Positions 57,262 to 64,000 are shown, counted from the stretch's first letter. The stretch is 64,000 bases of DNA from an uncultured Bacteroidales bacterium (GCA_937949745.1 CALECM010000113.1:1665-65664), one strand, 5' to 3'. Made by a program: numbers and translations. The notes: generated by a model not told the origin, from the letters alone.

Positions 57262-57376
57262 TAATGGTAAAAATCAGTGATGTAGGGAATTGCAACCAAT
57301 TGCAGGTTTTTGCAGTTTTTTGTTTTACTTTGTGGATTATTGCGTATTTATATGCATGGATATCCACCGGTAGGAT

Positions 57377-57406
57377 AAAAAAAATCCGGCACAATAGGCG
57401 CCGGAT
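57377..57406 (-). terminator. rho-independent terminator ending the ATPase operon
   Basis: The minus strand reads ATCCGGC-GCCTATTGT-GCCGGAT followed by TTTTTTTT, 29 nt after the stop at 57435. Confidence 0.65.
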
Positions 57407-57434
57407 CCTAATCAAAAAATATATTAATAAACAT

Positions 57435-57632
57435 TTATCCCGGTTCCCCGAGATGCTCAATTATGCGATGTATCTGTGGTATATGGATGTAATTACCCGT
57501 TCGGTTTTCCAATATATCTTTTAAGGTCTCACATTTAAGCCAATTGGTGAAAGTGCGTACATCGACCCTGTAAGCACTGGCCAACTCCGACAAAGTGCGG
57601 GGAGAATTACTTAATTTTTCGTTGCTGTTCAT
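57435..57632 (-). CDS. small HTH DNA-binding protein (DUF4248-like)
   Basis: 65 aa. TLSELASAYRVDVRTFTNWL helix-turn-helix. C-terminal HLGEPG, as recalled for DUF4248. Confidence 0.55.
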   Translation of the reverse strand: MNSNEKLSNSPRTLSELASAYRVDVRTFTNWLKCETLKDILENRTGNYIHIPQIHRIIEHLGEPG

Positions 57633-58209
57633 AGGTAGCCTTTATTTGAACGTCAAGTAAAATAATCTCATAATAGTAGGGATCGCCATTGAGAACCTTG
57701 TTTCTTATCCTCTCCTGGGCGGTGGTGATCTTTGTATATAATTCCGGGATCAGTTCTTTTTTCCGCTGGGTAAAATTTTCCACTGAATTAAACAGGATAA
57801 GCCATGAGGCGAAAGTAAAGCACTTTGGCGGTAATTGCCGGAGTCCGTGCGCTATAATATATACGTCGATTCCGAATTGCCGCCGCCGTATCCATATATA
57901 TTGTAATATGTCGGGCGTTTGCTCATCGAGATAGGCCATTGCATCATCGAGCAATAACGCCCCTCCGGAGTAATTTTCCTTGATCATTTTGAGGGTGTCT
58001 TTACCGGTATACACAACCCGCCCTACTCCATTTAAAGTTCGAATATCCGAAGCGGAAAGTTCCGGAAAATTACGCCATTCTGCGGAATCAGGAGTAACAA
58101 TGATTGCCTTCTTAAATTTTGGTAAGACATGGTCACGGAGGAAAGTGGTTTTTCCGGTGCCATTAATACCTACAACCAAATTAAGTTCTGCCTTACGCTG
58201 CATCGCCAT
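57607..58209 (-). CDS. P-loop NTPase (candidate A32/FtsK-HerA-like packaging ATPase or Zot-like morphogenesis ATPase)
   Basis: 200 aa. Walker A GINGTGKTT at residues 14-22. Walker B ALLLDDA. Downstream RRRQFGIDVYIIAHGLRQLP block. Confidence 0.75.
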   Translation of the reverse strand: MAMQRKAELNLVVGINGTGKTTFLRDHVLPKFKKAIIVTPDSAEWRNFPELSASDIRTLNGVGRVVYTGKDTLKMIKENYSGGALLLDDAMAYLDEQTPDILQYIWIRRRQFGIDVYIIAHGLRQLPPKCFTFASWLILFNSVENFTQRKKELIPELYTKITTAQERIRNKVLNGDPYYYEIILLDVQIKATYEQQRKIK

Positions 58210-58702
58210 TCTGTTTTAACCGTTCGTTTTCCTTGCGTAATTCTTCCAGCTCGGAATTTTGATTCCGGTTCATCATCGCCATAGTAACTTTAGCTCCGTA
58301 TATAGTCAACATACTTGTAATAAGGATACCACCGGGTGACATTTGAAATGAAGTCGTTTGTAAATATTTAGCCCATGCGGCAATTAATGTTTCCCGTTCA
58401 TTTTGATCCAGTTTGATATCTTCCTTATCGGTTCCTTTGATAAATATAACCAATACTAAAGGCAAAACCACATCCATTAGGGATACAATGATTTCGGCTG
58501 TAGGCTCGTTTAGCTGGATCATGTTTAATTCATGTCTTACCTGTTTACTGGTCACATATTCTACCGGTTCGGATTCTGTTTCCGTATCTATGAAATCCGG
58601 GATTTCCGGAACCGGTTCGGGGGTTTCATAATCCTGGATCGAGGCATTGCGGCTCTCGAACCACAAAGAAGCATCATCTATTAATTTATTTTGCATGGCC
58701 AA
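58193..58702 (-). CDS. acidic N-terminus / two-TM membrane protein, hypothetical
   Basis: 169 aa. Hydrophobic segments IIVSLMDVVLPLVLVIFI and GGILITSMLTIYGAKV. Overlaps the ATPase gene by 17 nt. Confidence 0.55.
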   Translation of the reverse strand: MAMQNKLIDDASLWFESRNASIQDYETPEPVPEIPDFIDTETESEPVEYVTSKQVRHELNMIQLNEPTAEIIVSLMDVVLPLVLVIFIKGTDKEDIKLDQNERETLIAAWAKYLQTTSFQMSPGGILITSMLTIYGAKVTMAMMNRNQNSELEELRKENERLKQNGDAA

Positions 58703-58970
58703 GTAATGTTTTTATCGCTTCAATTAGCGGTTGACGGTTTTTAACTTTCGTGACATAATAATTCTTTATATCATGGTTATACCCCATGCCAATAACCGAT
58801 AAATAAACTTTACCGTTTTTTTCGACAGTACAGATAGCGGCGTTCTTATGCTCATCATCTTCCAGGGGATAACTTGACAGGAATTTTTCAAATACCGGGG
58901 TTATTTTATCATCCGTAAGTTGCTTTTCTGCAATCGGTATGATCATTTTAAGTAAACTATCGCTTAACAT
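58686..58970 (-). CDS. hypothetical protein
   Basis: 94 aa ORF overlapping both neighbours. Confidence 0.5.
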   Translation of the reverse strand: MLSDSLLKMIIPIAEKQLTDDKITPVFEKFLSSYPLEDDEHKNAAICTVEKNGKVYLSVIGMGYNHDIKNYYVTKVKNRQPLIEAIKTLLGHAK

Positions 58971-59557
58971 TGGATGATACTTTTAAATTCTCTTACTGCG
59001 GAATCAGGCACAGCATCCATATTACCGTTTACACTACCCATTTCAAACCGGTTATGGATAAAGTAATTGATTACATCATGAATACTCCACTCCTGTTCCC
59101 GTTTTCTTCCTTCCCGATCAGCAACATATTGAAGCAATAATAAATTTAGTGGATCAAATTGTATTACTTTACAGTTTTCCGGTAGTTTACCTTTTTCTAT
59201 GAGCTGGGAGTTTTCTGCTTTCAGGCGAGTGTTTTCATCCTGTAAACGCATGATTTCCCCTGTGTCACTTTCCGTTTTTCCTTCTAAAGCTGTAAGTTTG
59301 TCAACTAAATCCGCTGTTTTTAATTCATTTTCAACTATTTTTTGATTTAGTTTCTCGATTAAATCAGCATTTTCTTTAAGTTTTTTTGCATAGTCCTGAT
59401 TATTTTTAACAGGCCTGTGCTGTTGCTCTAAAATAGTTTCGACAAATTCGGTTGCAGTTGGGGCTCCAATACTTTGCTGAAATTCTTCAAATTCAGCATA
59501 AACATCAGGAGTAAGCCGTAAAGACTTTATTTTTACCGCTTTGCTTTTTTCTTCCAT
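58964..59557 (-). CDS. ribbon-helix-helix-like N-terminus + coiled-coil protein (candidate regulator/iteron binder)
   Basis: 197 aa. IKSLRLTPDVYAEFEEFQQSIGAPTATEFVETIL resembles an RHH fold, followed by a long heptad region. First gene downstream of the iteron region. Confidence 0.5.
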   Translation of the reverse strand: MEEKSKAVKIKSLRLTPDVYAEFEEFQQSIGAPTATEFVETILEQQHRPVKNNQDYAKKLKENADLIEKLNQKIVENELKTADLVDKLTALEGKTESDTGEIMRLQDENTRLKAENSQLIEKGKLPENCKVIQFDPLNLLLLQYVADREGRKREQEWSIHDVINYFIHNRFEMGSVNGNMDAVPDSAVREFKSIIQC

Positions 59558-59843
59558 GTTTTTTTTCTTTTTATTTGTTTAACATTCTTTTTTTGAATAT
59601 GGTGATTGGAATAGCTTCCATAAGCATAATAAATAGGATTGGTTAATACTGGATTTAGAAAATCGGAGTAAAAAAATCTATCATAATTTTGTATTAATTC
59701 CATTAGTCATTTATTATATTGAACTTCAAATAAATAAACATAAATTTTCAATTGTTTTCATGATGATTACTAATTACAAATCCATGAATACAAATACAAA
59801 AATATAATAAAAATCTGTTTGAAAATCAAGTACATGCATTTCG

Positions 59844-59879
59844 TTACGGCAGGATTGTAATATTACAACTCCGCCGTAA
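59844..59879. repeat. 36-nt near-perfect inverted repeat (cruciform/hairpin)
   Basis: TTACGGCAGGATTGTAATATTACAACTCCGCCGTAA. Outer 9-bp arms with a 1-nt bulge. The inner TTGTAATATTACAA is a perfect palindrome. Confidence 0.7.
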
Positions 59880-59930
59880 TTTTATACATTAAAATAACAA
59901 CCAACCCCTGGGTGATAATGCCAAAATTTT

Positions 59931-60260
59931 AGTGCTTTTAGTGCTTGAGTGCTACTGTTTTTGGATGTATTGATTCTAAATAAGTTACAAAATTTTAGTG
60001 CGATTAGTGCTAAAGAGTGCTAAAAGAGTGCTTATAAAAAATGGCGGATTTTACTTAGAGAAATAAGTACTTTTTCAATTTAGTGCTTTTAGTGCGCACT
60101 AAAGCACTCTTTTTTATATTATTTTAGGAAGGTCTATTAAAAATAATAAAAAGAAAATATATAAGGTATTATATATAAGCCCGTTGTGGATTTCTGATTT
60201 TTGACTTAAGCACCATTTTTTTAATTCCCGGTAAAAGGGGGTGCGGGGGAAAAGAGTGCT
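59931..60260. repeat. iteron cluster: at least 10 direct and 2 inverted copies of AGTGC(T/G)
   Basis: Direct copies start at 59931, 59940, 59948, 59997, 60006, 60016, 60027, 60082, 60091 and 60255. Inverted copies lie at 60096-60100 and 60103-60108. Extended forms are TTTAGTGCT and AAAGAGTGCT. The 10-nt palindrome AGTGCGCACT is at 60091-60100. Confidence 0.75.
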
Positions 60261-60284
60261 AAGGGGGATATTCCATTAAAAGGT

Positions 60285-60318
60285 AAAAATTACTTTTCAT
60301 AAATTCAAAGTAATTTTT
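60285..60318. repeat. perfect 12-bp AT-rich hairpin
   Basis: AAAAATTACTTT-TCATAAATTC-AAAGTAATTTTT. Confidence 0.6.
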
Positions 60319-60365
60319 GGATGTTTTATATATTTTAATGGCTAAGAATCGAATATTTGAAATCA

Positions 60366-60610
60366 GACAAGCCCATACATACGTATAGGCCTGTCACAAC
60401 GAAATAGTTTTAATCTCCTAACTGTTGCAAATAAAAAGGGTGCAACACTCCCTTAGCTTACTCATCTGCAGGCTCTGGTAAGCCCGGAATTAAAATAAGG
60501 AAAGGTAAGTCCGCACCCTATAGGGTTGCAAACTAATCTTTAGACCTATTATTCTTAATTCCTAAATTTACCAGATTTGCAGATAGAATAATAGTCTATG
60601 ACTAATTACA
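60366..60610 (-). ncRNA. candidate structured non-coding RNA (speculative)
   Basis: About 245 nt with no ORF and at least 5 stem-loops (60366-60395, 60424-60446, 60470-60485, 60513-60529, 60541-60598). A minus-oriented -7 box (plus strand CAAATATA, 60614-60621) sits just upstream. Confidence 0.25.
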
Positions 60611-60652
60611 GTGCAAATATATAATTAATACTTTATAATTCATATTGTTTTG

Positions 60653-60660
60653 TATTTTTG
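60653..60660 (+). promoter_or_regulatory. -7 promoter box TATTTTTG abutting the ATG at 60665 (possible leaderless transcript)
   Basis: Matches TAnnTTTG and ends 4 nt before the ATG of the only plus-strand gene inside the element apart from the integrase. Confidence 0.35.
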
Positions 60661-60664
60661 CGCC

Positions 60665-60859
60665 ATGAAAAAACCTTTTGGAAGTGAGTTGGCTGAATCC
60701 CAAAAATTGGCATTTGATATGCTTAATGAGGAAGATCAAATAAGAGATCGCCATGAAGCCGCAAAGCACCGTAACAGAATATTTATAATTAGTTTCCTGG
60801 CTCTTATTATTTCAATTATAAGCCTTATCATAAGTATAATTATATGGCTGACATCTTGA
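60665..60859 (+). CDS. small tail-anchored membrane protein, hypothetical
   Basis: 64 aa from MKKPFGSEL. C-terminal IFIISFLALIISIISLIISIIIWL. Opposite orientation to the surrounding genes. Confidence 0.5.
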   Translation: MKKPFGSELAESQKLAFDMLNEEDQIRDRHEAAKHRNRIFIISFLALIISIISLIISIIIWLTS

Positions 60860-60860
60860 T

Positions 60861-61598
60861 CTAATAGTTGTCACAAAATATTCCACATTCCCAATTTTTA
60901 ATTTTGCCCCCGACCGCGTCCGGCGGCAATTCATCCAAAAATATCCTTTTTCCCTTATACTTTACCAGTTTGCAACCTATTTCTCTGCTTTGTACCGCCC
61001 TCATAATGAATACTTCTGGAAAATCTACTCTTACCATATTCCAGTAAGTTGGGCTCTCAGATTTAATGCAACCTATACAATTGGCATTAGGATACAATAA
61101 TTCATATATTTTTGGGAGTTTTATACCCGCTCTTCTAAGGATTGAAAAACAATCTTCCTTAGTTATTAACTCACTGCATAGTAATGGAATTACATCAGCC
61201 CTTTCCCTTTGCATGAAATTTTTTTGGCGTTTCCATTCATCCACAGTAAACCCTAAAATATGATAATCAATTCTATGTATAATTTCAAAGTGATACCTGG
61301 CTTCTCGTTTTAATAATCTTGTACAAACAGCCCCCTGCACTCCGCTCATATATCTTTCCCTTTCAAATACATCTACAATGGAGCAAGACGGATATTTTGG
61401 GTTTTTCGCCTCTATTATCGAGTGTTGGATATATTCTTCCACATCTTTTAAAAAACGACGATTGTCAGGATGCTCTTCTGTGACTGGGTTATTTACGACC
61501 AATATGTTATAATCTTTTTTGAATTTATCTATTGTTAGTTTGGCGGCTATCGCTGATGCTGCACCACATGAAAACCAAACAGCTATTGTTTTTTTCAT
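60861..61598 (-). CDS. PAPS-reductase-family (PP-loop ATP pyrophosphatase-like) protein
   Basis: 245 aa. Degenerate PP-loop AVWFSCGAAS, VCTRLLKRE, LGFTVDEWKRQ, NCIGC, and C-terminal ECGIFC (compare the CysH ECGLH motif). Confidence 0.7.
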   Translation of the reverse strand: MKKTIAVWFSCGAASAIAAKLTIDKFKKDYNILVVNNPVTEEHPDNRRFLKDVEEYIQHSIIEAKNPKYPSCSIVDVFERERYMSGVQGAVCTRLLKREARYHFEIIHRIDYHILGFTVDEWKRQKNFMQRERADVIPLLCSELITKEDCFSILRRAGIKLPKIYELLYPNANCIGCIKSESPTYWNMVRVDFPEVFIMRAVQSREIGCKLVKYKGKRIFLDELPPDAVGGKIKNWECGIFCDNY

Positions 61599-61633
61599 CT
61601 CGGGTATTTATTTCTTTAGTTTTAAAAATAAGG

Positions 61634-64000
61634 TTATTGTTCCGCATCAAAATGTTGGTTGGCGATTGTAATGTATTCTGTTCCGCTTGTTTTGTCATGA
61701 CCTGGCTTTGAACTGTCCAATGTCTGTATAGGATTTAATCGAAAACCGTAATAACGGCAATAACAGATCAATTTTTTCCAAAATCTTTGTGGGGAACAGT
61801 ATTTCTTTTCCCTTGGATTTTTTTCGTAAAAATTATCTTGCAATTCCCCACGAATCAGGCGGGTGTTAAGTCTTTCTAAATTATGCTCGTGATTTTCTTC
61901 GGTAACGCCCAAATAATCGCTTAACCAACCGAAAAACACTTCTCCCATCTCCTGGCGTGCCTGCCGGCGTTCTAAACTATCGCATGGAGCTGCGATAAGT
62001 CCGGAATGATTAATACCCCAACCGTTTTTTGCAGCGAGAAAATACAGTTCCAAACATTCTGCCATAAAGTTATAGAACAGATTCCACTGTGATTCATCCC
62101 ATTCGGTAAAGAAGCTTTTTCCGAAGTATTCGAAGGGCTTAAAGTCATCGTCAAAAAAGTCAGAAAAAGCCAGTTTAAATTGCCTGTCGGTATAGGAGGT
62201 TGTGGATCCGTTCAACATGTGGTTAGTGGTCAGGTAGATTTTAGGCACATCATTGCCTTTCAGAGTGTATTTGATAGCCCCCTTTCCCTCTATTGTCATC
62301 ATGCCGACGATAATGGTATAAAGCAAATTGAAATCAAAATTAACCCTTACATCATCGATGAACATGTTTTCCGTCTTCCGGTTGACTTCCTGCCAAATGA
62401 AGCGATCGTGTTCCATGTCCGGCCGTTTTCCATCGATATATACCTGGTTCTTTACATAAGATAAGGCAAATCCTAAAAGTGATTTCCCTGTACGCCCGAA
62501 AGCCTCCCCTACTTCACTGATTTTGGCATCCATTCCAATCATTGCTTTCTCACAGTTTTTATCACGGTATTTATGGAGTAAATAACCGATTGCTGTCATT
62601 TTACTAATGAAATGTAAGGACACATCATTTAAATCCTCCGCTTTTATTTTTACGTTATTTCGCCGGCGATTATCGTCGTGGTATTCCGCCCAGCTGTGAA
62701 AAGAAGTAACCCATAGAAAATTGGCAAAATCGCATTGCCGTCCGGTGGCTGTAAATTGGACGTCATAAACCGGAAGATCGCCGATAGTTTCCCCTGTTTT
62801 GTTTACCTTAATAAGGCGGTCAAGGCGTTTAGCATCATAATGTTTAAGCTGTTCCGCCCAAACATTACCGTTTAACTCATTGAGTGATTTTTCTTCAATT
62901 CCTTCTGCCGATATCCGCCAGTATTTTTCTTTGAAGAATAAATATTCTACTGTCTTCTCCGGAGGGAAAAAACTTGGCTCGAAAAAAGCAATCTGATTAA
63001 TCTTTTCGGGGCCGAAATACTGGGATGAACCCTGAATCAACATGTTTTGTACTTCCTTATCAAATATTTCCTCCGCTAATTCCATTGCGTAATCACGGGC
63101 TTCCGTATGATCCTTTAATACCCGGATTATATTATTTTCAACCCGTATCAATTCATTTGGCCGGTCATCGTTGCGCAACCGATAAAACCCCCTATTACGG
63201 AAGAATTTTTTCATGTTCACGTAATCGAATTTCAGTTCTCTTTCTATGTCCCCGTTTTTTTTGTTACGGAATACCTCGAAAAAGAATTTTTCATCATCCA
63301 TTAATGGTTGAGCAAGTTCAATTTCATCATCCTTAAATCTCCATTTATTCCGGCCATAGGTAAATTCACACATGTTTTTAAGAGTGTCAAAATGATAATC
63401 ACAAAACTGTTTTTTATCATTCAATAGCCAAATATCTTTGAGTTTTAAGTCACTTATGGTTGAAATTTTAAAGAGTTCAAAATATTCGCAGCTTTGCGGA
63501 TCATCTTCGACTATGGAATTGATTTCCCGATCGAGTGCATTACGGTAATTTTCTTCTTTACCTGCAAGCGAACCGGCCAATAGGTCATCAATTCCTTTTT
63601 CATTTCCTTTACCACCTATCAGGTATAATTCAAGGTATATACCCCTATTCACTAAAGTTTGAAACCAGTCCCGGAAATTTTTAACGGCATAAAAAAACAA
63701 ACGGGAACGCTCGGTAATATCTTTTTCAGCACTGATATTTTTTGATAACTCCCTGAAATCACTATCCAGGACAAAAAATACTTCCTTAACCCCGCAACTC
63801 TCTATTACCCGTACAACGCTTTCCGGAAATGATTTTTCTTTACCTACGAGTGCATTTATGCCAGGCATACCAAAGGCCGGCATACCATGCTTACACATCT
63901 TTTCCGCTTTCTTTTCGCCTTCGGTAAAAAATAAGCGTTTTGTTTGGTGGTTTTCCCGGTAAATTTTTCTTATAGTTTCAGGAATAAATAGTGTGATCGA
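61634..64000 (-). CDS. Toprim primase / SF3 (P4/D5-like) helicase fusion, 5' end beyond the window
   Basis: The frame is open from 63898 to the window edge (…RLFFTEGEKKAEKMCKHG, Toprim Glu). GNEKGIDDLL (DxD). Walker A GEAFGRTGKSLL. Walker B-like MFIDDV. Confidence 0.8.
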   Translation of the reverse strand, partial: SITLFIPETIRKIYRENHQTKRLFFTEGEKKAEKMCKHGMPAFGMPGINALVGKEKSFPESVVRVIESCGVKEVFFVLDSDFRELSKNISAEKDITERSRLFFYAVKNFRDWFQTLVNRGIYLELYLIGGKGNEKGIDDLLAGSLAGKEENYRNALDREINSIVEDDPQSCEYFELFKISTISDLKLKDIWLLNDKKQFCDYHFDTLKNMCEFTYGRNKWRFKDDEIELAQPLMDDEKFFFEVFRNKKNGDIERELKFDYVNMKKFFRNRGFYRLRNDDRPNELIRVENNIIRVLKDHTEARDYAMELAEEIFDKEVQNMLIQGSSQYFGPEKINQIAFFEPSFFPPEKTVEYLFFKEKYWRISAEGIEEKSLNELNGNVWAEQLKHYDAKRLDRLIKVNKTGETIGDLPVYDVQFTATGRQCDFANFLWVTSFHSWAEYHDDNRRRNNVKIKAEDLNDVSLHFISKMTAIGYLLHKYRDKNCEKAMIGMDAKISEVGEAFGRTGKSLLGFALSYVKNQVYIDGKRPDMEHDRFIWQEVNRKTENMFIDDVRVNFDFNLLYTIIVGMMTIEGKGAIKYTLKGNDVPKIYLTTNHMLNGSTTSYTDRQFKLAFSDFFDDDFKPFEYFGKSFFTEWDESQWNLFYNFMAECLELYFLAAKNGWGINHSGLIAAPCDSLERRQARQEMGEVFFGWLSDYLGVTEENHEHNLERLNTRLIRGELQDNFYEKNPREKKYCSPQRFWKKLICYCRYYGFRLNPIQTLDSSKPGHDKTSGTEYITIANQHFDAEQ

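Larger units (their letters stand above)
47367..64000. mobile_element. integrated element / atypical prophage inserted next to tRNA-Pro (right end beyond the window)
   Basis: The tRNA is immediately followed by a tyrosine integrase. The region is visibly more AT-rich than the flanking core genome. About 35 co-oriented overlapping ORFs include a primase-helicase, an ATPase, PG hydrolases and many small membrane proteins. Confidence 0.8.

Noticed and set aside
57236-57524. Two overlapping ORFs (74 aa on the minus strand, 86 aa on the plus strand) in the gap between the HTH gene and the structural module.
   Set aside because: The region contains a rho-independent terminator and a promoter box. 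The ORFs run through these signals and have no features. It is treated as regulatory DNA.
59931-60260. The AGTGCT repeat clusters as a possible CRISPR array.
   Set aside because: The repeat unit is only 6-10 nt. Spacing is irregular (3-60 nt), some copies are inverted, and no cas genes are present. The clusters are iteron or operator-like, not CRISPR.
47367-64000. Interpreting the element as an ordinary tailed (Caudoviricetes) prophage or as a filamentous inovirus.
   Set aside because: Against a tailed phage: no ORF in the 10-kb late region exceeds 226 aa, so there is no candidate terminase, portal, tape-measure, sheath or baseplate gene.

Against an inovirus: replication uses a primase-helicase rather than a rolling-circle Rep. 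The element exceeds 16 kb. It carries a PG hydrolase and PG-binding proteins. The ATPase lacks the TM-containing C-terminal half of pI/Zot.

Neither option can be fully excluded without the right end of the element.

Overview
The window is a Bacteroidota-type chromosome segment. Evidence for the phylum: T9SS C-terminal sorting domains, TonB-dependent receptor/DUF4249 pairs, TAnnTTTG -7 promoter boxes, and the parA-parB-DUF5683-dapB-lepB gene order.

Positions 1 to about 47,290 are ordinary core genome. Recognisable genes are rsgA, fabG, ribBA, lepB, dapB, parAB, yidC, dut, pyrF/K/D, tadA and a tRNA with a CAT anticodon. This part also contains several TonB-dependent receptors, two tandem T9SS-secreted P-domain/FN3 paralogs, three tandem thioredoxin-like paralogs, and a putative metal-uptake cluster.

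At 47,294 there is a tRNA-Pro(CGG), immediately followed by a tyrosine integrase. From there to the window end (over 16.6 kb, right boundary not seen) lies a visibly more AT-rich integrated element. About 35 of its ORFs are tightly packed or overlapping on the minus strand.

This element is the most interesting object in the window.
- It has a Toprim/SF3 primase-helicase and a PAPS-reductase-like gene.
- It has a 1.1 kb non-coding hub full of AGTGC(T/G) iterons and hairpins.
- It encodes a 200-aa P-loop ATPase, a GH73 glucosaminidase and two PG-binding proteins.
- It encodes a membrane-anchored protein with an annexin-like repeat, a LamG-like protein, and at least 12 small single-pass membrane proteins.
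- It has no ORF large enough to be a terminase large subunit, portal, tape measure or HK97-size capsid protein.

I read it as a candidate non-tailed, membrane-containing or pleomorphic temperate virus, or a new kind of integrative element.

All functional calls come from motif recognition by eye. No database search was run. Coordinates of small ORFs, tRNAs, hairpins and promoter boxes were worked out manually from the sequence.
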